From contig OX597830.1 in assembly GCA_951406725.2 (NCBI GenBank), positions 66,960,001 through 67,024,000 on the forward strand: 64,000 nucleotides of DNA, written 5' to 3'. The notes under the pieces are model-generated. The model was not told the origin of the DNA, ran no database searches, and saw only the letters and a list, made by a program, of their open reading frames with translations. Every line of letters starts with the position of its first letter. Position 1 is the first letter of the stretch. This DNA comes from Octopus vulgaris (lineage: Eukaryota). This document shows, one piece after another, positions 1-18,516 of the stretch. The translations under genes and the position numbers were made by a program.

Positions 1-241
1 AAACAGAAATGGGGTATCAGGACAGTCGATGTCGATGGCGGATGAGAACGGGTGTAATAGATAACGAAAGGTGTGTTCGTATAAGTGAAAGGAGGGTTGC
101 CGTCTTCCCGATCTATTGTTTTGATTATTTATATACAGCATTCTGCTTTATAACTGACAACGGGGGAACAACATCAAAGTGTAGCCTGATATAATTACAG
201 GTATATTTTTTTTTTATATAAAACCAACACTATTGCGGGCG

Positions 242-298
<57 letters not shown>

Positions 299-423
299 TA
301 GTTTGTTTTTTCTTCTTTAAACTTTCACATAGTAAAATAATGGCTTTAATGATCAGATCCAATTCTTTCAATGTTTTCAGTACGTCAGCAATAGCATACT
401 TAACATCGATTTCTGGAGAATTC

Positions 424-715
424 TGGGTGAAGGTGGTGGTGGTGGTGGTGGTGGTGTGGTGACAGTGGTGATGGTGATGATGGTGATGATGGTGGTGATG
501 GTGATGATGGTGATGATGGTGATGACGACAAGTGGAGAAGGTGGTGGTGACGGTGACAACACCGTTGATGATGACGATGATGGTTGTGGTGGCGACGGTG
601 GTGGTGGTGGTGGTGGTGTTGGTGGTGGTGGTGACGATGACGATGACGATGATGCCAGTTGCCGGCGACGGCGACGGCGGTGCTGGCTGGTGACGATTAT
701 TATGATGATGATGGA
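424..715. repeat. Compound (GGT)n/(GAT)n trinucleotide microsatellite
   Basis: Direct reading of the sequence; it generates the poly-G/V/M/D ORFs in the track. Confidence 0.9.
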
Positions 716-841
716 AGATGCTCTGCGTTTACAATTACCAAATCGATCTAATTATTTTAAACGTAGAGGTTTCTTTTCTTCCTTCTCTCTCTCTCGCTCC
801 TTCTTCTCCTCTTCTCTTCTCTCTCCTTCTCACCTTGTCCC

Positions 842-909
<68 letters not shown>

Positions 910-1009
910 AGATTTCGATATCTGATGATGAAAATTCATGATTAAAAATTTACTCAAATTTTCTAAAGCGTAACTCATTTTCTTTGATGATATAATTCTC
1001 ACATTATTA

Positions 1010-1080
<71 letters not shown>

Positions 1081-1559
1081 CATTATTATCGTAGTGTTCC
1101 CTCATCTGATGCCCCTGTGGAAAATAAAAGAAATCATCATCATCATCATCATCACCATCATCATCATCGTTATTTGATCCCCCCCCCGATATTCTCCCTC
1201 CCTCCCTCCCCCTCTCTTTTCTCTATTTGTTTTGGTTCCCGTTTAACGCTCACTTTCACTTTCACTTTCTCTCTACTTCCCTCCTGTCTTTACCCCCCCT
1301 CTCTCTCTCTCGTTTCCTCTTTTCTGTTCGTCTTCCTTCACCTCCTCTATTTCTCTAAATGCACGTTCGTTCCCATCCAGACGACGGTTTTATCGCCATA
1401 GTAGAAATAACATCCATTCATAGATGTCCCACTTCCTCCTCCTCTTCCTCTTCCTCTTACCTCCTTCCACTTCATACCTTTACCCTGTTACTTTTAACAC
1501 TACCTTTTCTATCTCTCTCCCTCCCTCTCTCTTTTCCCTCTTTCCTATCACTTAGTGTC

Positions 1560-1730
1560 TCTTTCTCCCCTCTTTCCCACTCCCCAACTCCCTCTTTCTC
1601 CCCTCTCTCCCACTCCCCAACTCCCTCTTTCTCCCCTCTTTCCCACTCCCCAACTCCCTCTTTCTCCCCTCTTTCCCACTCCCCAACTCCCTCTTTCTCC
1701 CCTCTTTCTCACTCCCCAACTCCCTCTTTC
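1560..1730. repeat. 33-bp polypyrimidine minisatellite, about 5 units
   Basis: Unit CTCTTTCTCCCCTCTTTCCCACTCCCCAACTCC, seen as the repeated 11-aa SFSPLSHSPTP in the ORF track. Confidence 0.9.
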
Positions 1731-2989
1731 CTTCTCTCCCGCGCTCTCCCCCTCTCCCTTTTCCCTCTCCCATTCTCTCTCACTCTCTTCCTCTCTCTTT
1801 TCCCTCTTTCCTATCACTCGGTGTCTCTTTCTCCCCTCTTTCCTTCTCTCCCGCGCTCTTTTTCTCCTCTCTTTCGTACTCACCCCTCTCCCTTTTCCCT
1901 CTCTCCCGTTCTCTCTCACTCTCTTCCTCTCTCTCTGTATTATGCATGTCTAAACAATTCCTCTCCCTCACAATTATCGGTTTTCATCGTCGCTGTTGTC
2001 GTCATCGTCGTCATAGTCGTGATAGTCATAGCCGTGGTGGTGGTCGTGGTCGTAGTCTTCGTATTCGTCGTGGTTCTTTCGCTATATTCCTCCCTTTATA
2101 TTTCCTCGCATCTCTCCATTTGTATCATTCCAATGCTCCGAGCTTCTCAATCACGAGTCACTCGAGCGATTGGATCGGCGATTGGTGCCACCACTATCAA
2201 CTCGGGGACAAGTGCCCCTTCGAAACCTACTTGCCACACAAAACAACTATAACCCCACCCACCCCAAAAAAAATAATCATTTTTGACAATTTTGGGATTA
2301 CCTTATATATATAAATATATATATATTATATATATATAAAACAATATTTTTTTTTCACTAAAAAAATTATGTATGCCAAGACACTTAATACATGGGATTA
2401 CTTAACATGCCGAAATGTGTGGAAGATGTGTTGTACACAGCGAGAAGATGCTGCTACAGAACCCTGTTGTCAGAATCATCAAACGGGTACGGATACAAAT
2501 TGTGGTCATGCTAATTTATCTAAAGAGCGTGGTGTTGACAACCAGGCTCTGGCCGAGATAAACAAACCTTTGCATGATTGTGACAACAATAAGATTACGT
2601 ATAATTCCTTGGATATCCATTCGCAAACCATTGTGAACAACACACTGTTAAAATCTGATAACTATCAAAACGACATCTCCGCTGGTTTGTTAACGTGTAT
2701 GTATTTATTATACACCTTCAAAAAGCTTTGCAATTATTTGTATTGTTATTGTCATTATGATTTAATTGTTTTCTTTTTTTATGTGGGGGATTTATTTATA
2801 ATTATAGCTTGGCTTATTGAATTATTCAATGTATATTACACACATACGTACACATACATACACTCAAATATATATATGTGTGTATACGCTTGGACGACGA
2901 TAACATTTATATTTGTGTGGTGTGTGTAGGAGTATAGATAGCATTGTTTTTGTTCTCACTGCTTGAGGCAAAAAAGCCGGTGTATATCA

Positions 2990-6780
<3,791 letters not shown>

Positions 6781-6851
6781 AATTATGCACAGTTTGAACA
6801 TTAAATAATTTTGCCATCATCATCATCACTATCATCATCATCATCATCATC

Positions 6852-6886
<35 letters not shown>

Positions 6887-7174
6887 TGTGTACAGTGCTC
6901 AGGTGCACTACAACTCATCATCATCATCATCATCATCATCATAATCATCGTCGTCGTTGTCGTCACCACCACCACCACCAACAACTTACGATTGTTACCA
7001 CCCCCACAATTATCACCATGGTTGAGGTGTCGTCATGACCACCACCTTCCACCAGAAGCTGAAGAAGGTTTCCTAGACCTGGTAGAAACAGCAGCCAAAT
7101 ATTTTTGCTGAAATCAATCCCGACCGTCTTAAAAGAGGACGCTATTCACGGGATAACATAATCTGAAAATTACA

Positions 7175-7220
<46 letters not shown>

Positions 7221-7937
7221 ATGCGATGGTCATGGTTGCCACACCTTTGATCATAGATTTAGCTGCTCTTTCACAGCCGCCGACACGAGGGCCAACTATC
7301 ATCATCATCGTCGCCGTGGTTATCGTCGCCATCGTGACAGCCATCATTGTCGTCATCATCGTTGTCGTCATGATTATCATCATCATCGTAGTCGTTGTCA
7401 TCATCGTCGTCATCTTCATCATCATCATCATCTTCATCATCATTGGGCCTCGTTATCGTCTCCATCTTCTTCACCGGTACCGATAGAACAGGAAAGAGGG
7501 GTCAGTGTGTGTGTTTGAGAAAGAGAGAATGGTTCTTATGATCTTGGATGTTTGGTAAACCCCCCCCCAAAAAAAAAAAACTGATGCAGAATAAAATTAA
7601 AGAAATATTTTCTTGAAAAAAAAAAAGAAAATCTTCCAACCAAATCTTTCTTTGTCATTGTATTAATTCCATGTATTCTTTCACCTAGTCAACGCTCGCT
7701 TCCTCTGAGAATTGTGCTTCTATGACAGGTTCCAAAGTTTCTAATGTCAAAAACATGAGAGAGAGAGAGAGAGGAAGAGAGAGATGGGTAGCGGTTAGAT
7801 AAAGTACCCCTATACTTGTAAATTAGTTAATTGTAATATTAAGACAACTCACGAAGATAGGTAACTGCGAAATCTCGTCTGCTATTCAAACGGCAAGCTT
7901 TCATTCTGATCTAATATATATATATATATATATATAA

Positions 7938-8369
7938 GCGCAGGAGTGGCTGTGGGGTAAGGCGCAAGAGTGGCTGTGTGGTAAGTAGCTTGTTTACCAA
8001 CCACATGGTTCCGGGTTCAGTCCCACTGCGTGGCACCTAGGGCAAGTGTATTCTACTATAGCCTCGGGTCGACCAAAGCCTTGTGAGTGGATTTGGTAGA
8101 TGGAAACTGAAAGAAGCCCGTCGTATATATATATATATATATATGCGTGTGTGTGTTTGTGTGTCTGTGTTTGTCCCCCCTAGCATTGCTTGACAACCGA
8201 TGCTGGTGTGTTTATGTCCCCGTTACTTAGTGGTTCGGCAAAAGAGACCGATAGAATAAGTACTGGGCTTACAAAAGAATAAGTCCCGGGGTCGAGTTGC
8301 TCGATTAAAGGCGGTGCTCTAGCATGGCCGCAGTCAAATGACTGAAACAAGTAAAAGAGTAAAAGAGTA
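7938..8369 (+). mobile_element. SINE family A, full length, with the first ~24 nt duplicated
   Basis: tRNA-like head GGCGCAGGAGTGGCTGTGTGG (A box) and GGTTCAGTCCC (B box), internal (TA)n(TG)n, (AAAAGAGT)n tail. More than 20 copies or fragments occur in the window. Confidence 0.92.
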
Positions 8370-8542
8370 TAAGTGTATACCCAAATCCATTTGATTAGCC
8401 TGGGAGATGGTATTAACAGGTGGTAACCGACAGCAAAAAGTACAGGAGCTTTTAAAAGCGCATTACGAGGCTTTTGCCCAAACTGTCACACACACATGTA
8501 TGTGTATGTGTGTGTGTATGTATATATGTGTGTGTGTGTGTG

Positions 8543-8630
<88 letters not shown>

Positions 8631-8823
8631 GTATTTAGTTTGCTTCTATATGAAATTATTCATGAAAGCTATTGAACGTCACTAAAGATTGAGGGATCAC
8701 TCAGTACTTTTTCCCTTTTTTGCCGAGGACCATATCATTGCCTCTCTTACAATGAAAACTTGGACAGTGATTTCCAAGTTTCGGCTTACTAAACGTCATT
8801 GGATGCGTGTGTGAAAACACACA

Positions 8824-8859
<36 letters not shown>

Positions 8860-8876
8860 TACACACACACACACAC

Positions 8877-9135
8877 GTTGAGCAAGACACTTTATTTCAC
8901 GTTGCTCCAGTTCATTCAGGAGTAGAAATGAGTTGCGACGCCACTGGTGCAAAGCTGTATCGGCCCCTTTGCCTTGCCCTTGGATAACATCGGTGGCGTG
9001 GAGAGCGGAGTCTGGTATGCATGGGCGACTGCTGGTCTTCCATCAGCAACCTTGCTTGGACTTGTGCATCGGAGAAGAGCTTTCTAGGCGCAATCTTATG
9101 GTCATTCAAAACCGAAGGGGATCCTTCTTATCACT
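8877..9135 (+). mobile_element. SINE family D (CORE-type), 5'-truncated
   Basis: TTGAGCAAGACACTTTATTTCACGTTGCTCCAGTTCA... matches the copies at 49605 and 61195. Confidence 0.85.
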
Positions 9136-9187
9136 TCCTTCTTCCTATACGTATATGTATAGTTCCAACGTCCAAGCATTAGTGCTC

Positions 9188-9331
<144 letters not shown>

Positions 9332-9435
9332 TCTCTTCATATATGTGTATGTTATTTTGGTCGGGTCAACCTCTTGCTACTCTTAGACACACCTGTAGGT
9401 ACACAAAGTTTTCAGGATCTCCAAACATGTTGTAA

Positions 9436-9522
<87 letters not shown>

Positions 9523-9913
9523 CAGTAGCTTCATTCGATACAGATATGCAGAAGAAAAAAAATTACTTTTGTTTTGTTAACATTATACCATTATTTGGTT
9601 GTCGCCGCATTACTGGGACCATTTCATTCCGTCTTGTGTTAGGGTCGATGTACTCCGCAGCACCTGTTCTATACTCCAGCGTCGTAGCTAGAGAGTTTGC
9701 TGCTTGGGGCAGCCCTTGATTACTTACCACCGCCACCCAGCCCTTAGCCCTACACTTGCTTATACGCAGCCTAAAATTGCCTCCCCCCTAGAAGCGTTGT
9801 CTGGGTCGACTCCACCCCCACGTCTTTCATCAAGCAAACATCTATACTTCACACAAATGTCTCCCTCCCCAATTTACCATTTTTGCTATACGTATTTATA
9901 ATGTCCAACAATT

Positions 9914-10250
9914 TTGAGGATGTAGCTTTTGTTTTTTGTTTTTTTTATGGCTTTGGTGACCCCTCAAGTTTCTGATCCGTATCAGTCAGGAATTTCTGGA
10001 AAGGAAATGGAGCTGGAACGGTCACACACTAAAGAGACCCTTAAACAGCATTGCTAGACAAGTGTTAGTCTGGCAACTGGAAGGAAAAGGAAAGTTGGAC
10101 GACTTAAGAAGACCTGGAAAGGATGCGTGGAGGATGAAGCGAGACCAAACGGTCTGTCTTGGTCTGAAATCAAGGAGCTAATACAATATCGCTTCCACTG
10201 ATATGAAATGGTCAAGGTCCTATGCTCCTTATAAAGTAATGCGGACTAAC
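9914..10250 (+). mobile_element. RTE-clade LINE 3' fragment with an inverted 5' segment
   Basis: From 10002 it translates RKWSWNGHTLKRPLNSIARQVLVWQLEGK/KVGRLKKTW...LSWSEIKEL...VKVLCS (RTE C-terminus). The minus strand at 9946-9981 encodes YGSET*GVTKAI. Flanking repeat TAATGTCCA(A/C)CAATT at 9899-9913 and 10251-10265. Confidence 0.85.
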
Positions 10251-10345
10251 TAATGTCCACCAATTGTTTGCCCTTGTGTCAACATAAGAAGAGATAAACC
10301 ACCCTCGTTTCTCACACTCGATTTAATATCAACCCCCATCATCAT

Positions 10346-10745
10346 ATGGCTCAGAAACCTGGACGTTATCAAAGAAGCTTGAGAGGCGGTTGGATGGAAC
10401 CTACACTCGCCTCCTTATGAGAGCTCAAAATCTCTCGTGGAAGCGCCATCCAACCAAAATGCAAATATATGGGAAACTACCACCTGTATCCTCTCTTGTG
10501 AAAGGTAGGAGAGTCCAGTTTGCTGGACATTGTTGTAGAGCTGAAAAAGAAGTAATTTCTACTCTTCTCCTCTGGAAGCCATCTACTTGCAATACCAGAG
10601 GGCGCACACTCTCCTACCCTGATGTAATCTCCAGGGATACAGGCATCCAGCAACAGGACCTCCGTAATGCTATGATGGACCGTGAAGTCTGGCGTAACAT
10701 AGTAAATTCCATTGTCTCGACCACGGTCGAACAATGATGATGATG
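10346..10745 (+). mobile_element. RTE-clade LINE, 5'-truncated, with open C-terminal frame
   Basis: YGSETWTLSKKLERRLDGTYTRLLMRAQNLSW...RRVQFAGHCCR...MMDREVWR, then a (TGA)n tail. TSD ATCATCAT at 10338-10345 and 10746-10753. Confidence 0.93.
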
Positions 10746-10849
10746 ATCATCATTGCCTTTCGTAGAATGTACATATAATGTTCCTTCACGTTTCTCCAAC
10801 CCGTGTGATAGAAAATAAATGAAGCCGACCTTGAGAGAAGGCTTTTTAC

Positions 10850-11490
10850 AGTCTAAATTCAAATCCCAGTGATGTCAACTTTGCCTTTCATCATCTCGAG
10901 GTCGATAAAATAAAGTACAAACCGAGAACTGTTCCTAAGGCGGGCGAGCTGGTAGAATCGTTACCGCACCGGCTAAATGCTTAGTTGCAATTGTGCGTCT
11001 TTGGGTTCTGAGTTCAAATTCTACCAGGGTCGACTCTGCCGTTCATCCTTCTGAAATCGATAAAATAAGTGCCAGTTGATTACTGGAGTCGATATAATCG
11101 ACTTACTCCTCTAACGAAATCGCTGGACTTGTAGCAAAACTTTGAAAACAATATAATCGGGTGTCCCTTGCCCCCACCTCCCAAATTTTAGGCCCTGTAC
11201 CTATATTAGAATTCCTTAACGGGTGTAGCGTTATTTGGTTGACTCGTTACAGTGCCAAAAAAAAAAAAATGACAAGAAAACAACAAAAACGGTTTCTTGT
11301 GTATGTCCCGGCTCTTTACATTCTGAGTTCGGATCTCGCCAAGGTCAACTAACTTTATCTTTCATCCGTCCCCACCCGGGGTGGATAAAACAGAATACTT
11401 GCGAAATTGTGGCAAGGGTGGCGCTCGGTGTAATCAACTTATCCCCTCCCCTCTCTTCACAAAACTGCTGGATTTGTGTCTAAAATTAAA
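10850..11490 (+). mobile_element. Cluster of old, diverged SINE B-related copies
   Basis: Repeated degenerate GAGTTCAAAT...GTCGACTTTGCCTTTCATCC...GTCGATAAAATAAGTACC motifs. Confidence 0.75.
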
Positions 11491-11722
11491 ACCAATTATT
11501 ACGACCGACTGTCACCTTGCCGAAGACAGAGTCACTGGATACATTTGTGTTGCAGTCCTGCTGAAGGAGCTCAACTCATTCTTCATCATCACCTCTGCAT
11601 TCTTGTTCCATGGTTCTCAACTAGGGTCCATTTAATCCTTAGGGGCTCATATAAGATTATTTTTGTTAAAATTTATGTACAAAGAATTCTGCACTACACG
11701 AAATATTTAAACTATTTTTCTC

Positions 11723-12092
11723 ATTGCTCTTTTATTCGTTTGACTGTGGCCATGCTGGAGCACCGCCTTAAAGGGTTTTAGTCGAAGAAATTGATTCCAG
11801 GACTTATTCTTTGTAAGCCTATCACTTGTTCTATCGTTCTCATTTGCCGAACTGTTAAGTTACGGGGACGTAAACACACCAACATCGGTTGTCAAGCGAT
11901 GATGGGGCGACAAACACAGACACATAAATACACACACACACACACACATATACGACGGGCTTCTTTCAGTTTCCGTCCACTAAATCCACTCGCAAGGCTT
12001 TGATCAGTCCAAGGCTATAGTAGAAGACACTTGCCCAAGGTGCCATACAGTGGGGCTGAACCCGAAACCATGCGGTTGGGAAGCAAGCTACT
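11723..12092 (-). mobile_element. SINE family A (older subfamily)
   Basis: Reverse complement of the family A body. Confidence 0.88.
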
Positions 12093-12259
12093 TTTGTTTT
12101 TTGATAATAATAATAATAATTTAATTATGAAAATATATTGGGATATATATATATATAGGAATCAAAGGGGTTCATAAGTAAAATAAGGGTTGAGAAATAC
12201 CGAAAGTTTTCCGATTCGCGCGTGTGCGTTGTAAGGAGAACATGAACGTTAGAAATATA

Positions 12260-12670
12260 ATGGCTATGTGGTAAGAGGCTTGCCTCCCAACCACATGGTT
12301 CCAGGTTCAGTCCCACTGCATGGCACCTTGGGCGAGTGTCTTCTACTATAGCCTCGGGCCGACCAAAGCCTTGTGAGTAGATTTCATAGATGGAAACTGA
12401 ATGAAACCCATCTTGTATATATATATATATATATACATACACATATGTATGTGTGTGTGTATCTGTTCGTCCCTCCATCACCGCTTGACAAAAAGTGTTG
12501 GTGTGCTTACGTCTCCTTAACTTTGCAGTCCGGCAAAAGAGACCGATAGAATAAGTACTAGGCTTAAAAAATAAGTCCTGGGGACGATTTGCTCGACTAA
12601 AACTCTTAAAGGAGATGCTTCAGCATGGCCGCAGTCAAATGACAGAAAGAAATAAAGGACTGAAAGAATA
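12260..12670 (+). mobile_element. SINE family A (diverged)
   Basis: Head, body and tail all align to family A. Confidence 0.88.
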
Positions 12671-12836
12671 AATAATGGGTAGAAAGTCTATCATTCTTAC
12701 AGAGGATGTGGGTTCGAGTTCCACGGGTAGCTTTCAATGTTCTCTATAACCCGATATTTATACACTTCTGTTTATACACTAATTGGCTTCGAGTTTCACC
12801 GTTCCATTAAATATTTATTAGTAAATAATAATATAA

Positions 12837-13680
<844 letters not shown>

Positions 13681-13697
13681 TAATAATAATAATGATG

Positions 13698-13752
<55 letters not shown>

Positions 13753-13773
13753 TAATAATAATAATAATAAACA

Positions 13774-13839
<66 letters not shown>

Positions 13840-14310
13840 TATTGAAAAAAGCGTGGAGTTTGCTGGTTTTATTCCGAGATCCCTTTTCTTCGTTTTCTTC
13901 TATTCCCTTCGAATAAATTACATGTGTCAGAGCGCAAAAAAATAGGGAGTTGGATGGGAGCAAAGGAAGGCACTTGTAGAATGGAGAATCTCAGCTGGGT
14001 GAGGGCTTGTGCTTCTGGTGGTCAAGGTATACCTGGATCTGAGGGGGTTCATTGATTGACCCTATCCAGAGGCTCCCTTGCACCAGAACTACTTCAATTT
14101 ACGTGTTCGTATACTTTGTAAATTATGTTGATAGTTTTTATATCGTTTCGCCGTCTTTTCTTCCTTGTTCCTCATTTTTTATGTAAGCCCCGTCACACAC
14201 ACACACACACATACAAATTGTAAAACTGTTCTTGAAATGCCCACCCCCTCCGCCTCATTTACGTCCCTGTGACAAGTAAAGAACACCACAATCATCATCA
14301 TCGTTATATT

Positions 14311-14482
14311 AGGCGCAGGAGTGGCTGTGTGGTAAGTAGCTTGCTAACCAACCACATGGTTCCGGGTTCAGTCCCACTGCGTGGCATCTTGGGCAAGTGT
14401 CTTCTGCTATAGCCCCGGGCCGACCAATGCCTTGTGAGTGGATTTGGTAGACGGAAACTGAAAGAAGCCTGTCGTATATATG

Positions 14483-14515
<33 letters not shown>

Positions 14516-14727
14516 TTGTGTGTCTGTGTCTGTCCCCCTAGCATTGCTTGACAACCGATGCTGGTGTGTTTGCGTCCCCGTCACTTAGCGGTTCGGCAAA
14601 AGAGACCGATAGAATAAGTACTGGGCTTACAAAAGAATAAGTCCCGGAGTCGATTTGCTCGACTGAAGGCGGTGCTCCAGCATGGCCGCAGTCAAATGAC
14701 TGAAACAAGTAAAAGAGTAAAAGAGTA
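14311..14727 (+). mobile_element. SINE family A, full length, young
   Basis: Near-identical to the copy at 30780-31199. Confidence 0.93.
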
Positions 14728-15312
14728 TATATATATATATATATTAAAATCTGTATGCCTCTAGCGAGTGAAGTCTTTGTTCTAAACCACCTTCTCTCGT
14801 TTTATTTCGTGAAATATAAACGGGAAACCCTGTACTGCTATTAATTGATAATTTATTTTTAGGAATACTATCGATATAAGAAAGAAAGGAAAGAAAAAAA
14901 GAAAGAAAGGAGAGAAAGACAGAAAAAGGAAAGAAAGAAAGAAAAAATGTGATGACAAACAATAAAAGACAAACTTGGAACCGTTTTTAATGGCGTTTGT
15001 GTTTGGCGTTGGTGATGGTGGTGGCGGTGGAGGCGGAGGCGGCAGTGGTAGTGAAGGTGGTGGTGGCGGTGGCGGCGGTGGTGGTGGTGGTGTTGGAGGC
15101 GGCTGTGGCTATGACGATGGTAGTGGCGGCGGTATCGGCGGCGGCGGCAGTGGTGGCGAGGGTTGTAGAGGTGGCGGTGGTGGTGATTATGTTGTTGATT
15201 AAGCCTTTATAGTTCATCCTTAATCGAGTAGACTTTTGTAATTGACGGAAGACCATTTTAGGACTACGTTTATCTAATATGGAATACCTGCCTTTACACA
15301 CGCACACACAAA

Positions 15313-15424
<112 letters not shown>

Positions 15425-15435
15425 CACACACACAA

Positions 15436-15489
<54 letters not shown>

Positions 15490-15490
15490 C

Positions 15491-15589
<99 letters not shown>

Positions 15590-15784
15590 GGTATAAACAC
15601 GGTAGGGCATGATTGGAAAGACATTTTTGCTATTATTTCTAGTTGTAAAAAATCTCCCGGGTTTTGTAAAATGACGGAGGAAGAGACATTCTTTTAATGG
15701 AATCGGATTTTTTTTTTATTGTTATTTGTTACATTTCTTTGTTGAAATTTAATTGTTCTTGTCATTGTTCTTTATTGACACCAG

Positions 15785-16500
15785 TTGATGATGATGACGA
15801 TGATGATGATTCGAGTGATGATGATGATGATGATGGTTGTGATGGTGAGGATGACGATGATGGTCGTTTTGGTCGTTTGATGAGAGCGATGGTGATGGTG
15901 ATGATGTTTATGATGATGATGATGATGATGATGACGATGATGATGATTCTAATGAATGATGTTTCTAGTGATGATGATGATGATGGTTGTGATGGTGAGG
16001 ATGATGATGATGATGATGATGATGACGATGATGATGATGATGGTTGTGATGGTGAGGATGACGATGATGGTCGTGTTGGTGGCGGTGTAGTTTGATGAGA
16101 GCGATGGTGATGGTGATGATGTTTATGATGATGATGATGATGATGACGATGATGATGGTTCTAATGACGATGATGATTCTAGTGATAATGATGATAATGA
16201 TAACGATGATGATTATTCTAATGAATGATAATTCTAGTGATGATGATGATGATGACGACGACGATGATGATTCTAATGAATGATGATTCTAGTGATGATG
16301 ATGATGATGGTTGTGATGGTGAGGGTGACGATGATGGTAGTGTCGGTGGTGGTGTAGTTTGAAGAGAGCGACGGTGATGGTGATGATGTTTATGATGATG
16401 ATGATGATGATGACGATGATAATCGTGGAGGTCAGGTGGTGGTAATGGTGGTGACAATGACGACAATGACGATGATAATGATGATGATAATGATAGTGGA
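15785..16500. repeat. (GAT)n-based compound repeat with about 3 higher-order units
   Basis: GGTTGTGATGGTGAGG...TTTGA(T/A)GAGAGCGA(T/C)GGTGATGGTGATGATGTTTATG recurs near 15835, 16040 and 16310. Confidence 0.85.
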
Positions 16501-16776
16501 TGCTGTTGTTGTCTACAGTAACGTGAACCGAGTTTGTAGTTCAATACATACAGATCGAACGATGAAATTATGAATTTAATCACTTTCGTTAACGTAGTAG
16601 TGACAACAAGGACGACGACGATGATGATGATGATGTTTGTGGTGGTGGTGGTGGTGGTAGTAGTAGTAGTTGTTGTAGTAGTGGTGGTGGTGGTAGTGGT
16701 GGTTATAGTAGCGAGGATGTTCTCTGTATTCGTTACAGTGGAGTTGGTGTTCATGGAAGTGGGGAATTTTTTTTAT

Positions 16777-16882
16777 AGGCGTAGGAGTAGCTGTGTGTAT
16801 GTATGTATGATGTATGTATGTATGTATGTATGTATGTATGTATGTATGTATGTATGTATGTATGTATGTATGTATGTATGTA

Positions 16883-16919
<37 letters not shown>

Positions 16920-16975
16920 ATGTATGATGTATGTATGTATGTATGTATGTATGTATGTATGTATGTATGTATGTA

Positions 16976-17008
<33 letters not shown>

Positions 17009-17198
17009 ATGTATGTATGATGTATGTATGTATGTATGTATGTATGTATGTATGTATGTATGTATGAACCACATGGTTCCGGGTTCAGTCCCACTGCGTG
17101 GCACCTTGGGCAGGTGTCTTATAACTATAGCCTCGGGCAGACCAGAGCCTTGTGAGTGGATTTAGATTTGGTAAGCGGAAACTGAAAGAAGCCCGTTG

Positions 17199-17292
<94 letters not shown>

Positions 17293-17505
17293 TGTGTGTT
17301 TGTCCCCCCAACATCGCTTGACAACCGATGCTGGTGTGTTTACGTCTACGTAACTTAGCGGTTCGGTAAAAGGGACTGATAGAATAAGTACTAGGCTTAC
17401 AAAGAATAAGTCCTGGGGTCGATTTGCTCGACTAAAGGCGGTGCTCCAGCATGGCCACAGTCAAATGACTGAAACGAGTAAAAGAGTAAAAAGAGTAAAG
17501 AGTAA
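16777..17505 (+). mobile_element. SINE family A with the head split by about 270 bp of (TATG)n
   Basis: AGGCGTAGGAGTAGCTGTGTG at 16777, resuming with AACCACATGG at about 17067. Confidence 0.85.
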
Positions 17506-17646
17506 ATATATTTTTTAATATTCCATAAAAATATTTAGATAGAATGGGTGTATTTACGTATATGTGTGTATGTATGTATGTATTTATGTATGTATGTATG
17601 TATGTATGTATGTATGTATGTATGTATGTATGTATTTATGTATGTA

Positions 17647-17677
<31 letters not shown>

Positions 17678-17887
17678 ATTTATGTATGTATGTATGTATG
17701 TATGAATGTATGTATGTATGTATTTATGTATGTGTGTATGTATGTATGTATGTATGTATTTATGTATGTATGTATTTATGTATGTATGTATTTATGTATG
17801 TATGTATGTATTGCATGTATTTATGTATGTATGTATGTATGTATGTATTTATGTATTTATGTGGGTAGGTAGGTAGGTAGGTAGGCA

Positions 17888-18043
17888 CTCAAATTCCGCC
17901 GAGGTCGACTTTGCCTTTCATCCTTTCGGGGTCGATAAATTAAGTACCGGTTACGCACTGGGGTCGATGTAATCGACTTAATACCTATGTCTGTCCTTGT
18001 TTGTCCCCTCTATGTTTAGCCCCTTGTGGGTAATAAAGAAATA
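17888..18043 (+). mobile_element. SINE family B, 5'-truncated, in (GGTA)n
   Basis: TCAAATTCCGCCGAGGTCGAC...AAAGAAATA. Confidence 0.9.
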
Positions 18044-18516
18044 GGTAGGTAGGTAGGTAGGTAGGCAGATAGAACGATAGAAAAATGTAAGCAGGTAGGT
18101 AGATAGGTATGTAGAACCCATAGATAGAACGATAGACAGAGATAAAACGAGGGATGGATAGATGGATAGAACGAAGGAACAAACGCATGAACGAAGAACA
18201 GATTGTCAAAGAAATTCACAAATTTATTGACTGACAGAAAAAAAAAACAATATGAGCGTGCGTGTGTGTGAGAGAGAGGGAGAGGGAGGGAGAGAGAGAA
18301 GGATGGAGATAGATTGAAGATGTGTGTGTGTGTAGGCTTGACCCAACTCGGAATGACCGACCGACCATGACGAGAAAGATGGGTAAGAGAGTGGAACCGC
18401 TGAAAATGCCAGCCTATTTTTCAAATATCTTAAGACAAATACTTCGTTTCCCCACCCCTCGCTCTGTCTCTCTCTGTCTTTCTTTTCTCTTTATTATTGA
18501 TGTGATTGAACGTTTT

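Noticed and set aside
1359-2252. 297-aa ORF with SFSPLSHSPTP repeats
   Set aside because: Translation of a polypyrimidine minisatellite and a (GTC)n tract; no domain signal.
2369-2929. 186-aa ORF with a non-repetitive N-terminal half
   Set aside because: No recognisable motif or convincing splice signals, and it runs into AT-rich and microsatellite sequence.
14311-14390. tRNA genes at SINE heads (also 18520, 40065, 49605)
   Set aside because: A and B boxes are present, but each continues into a multi-copy SINE body with a tail and/or TSD, so they are not independent tRNAs.
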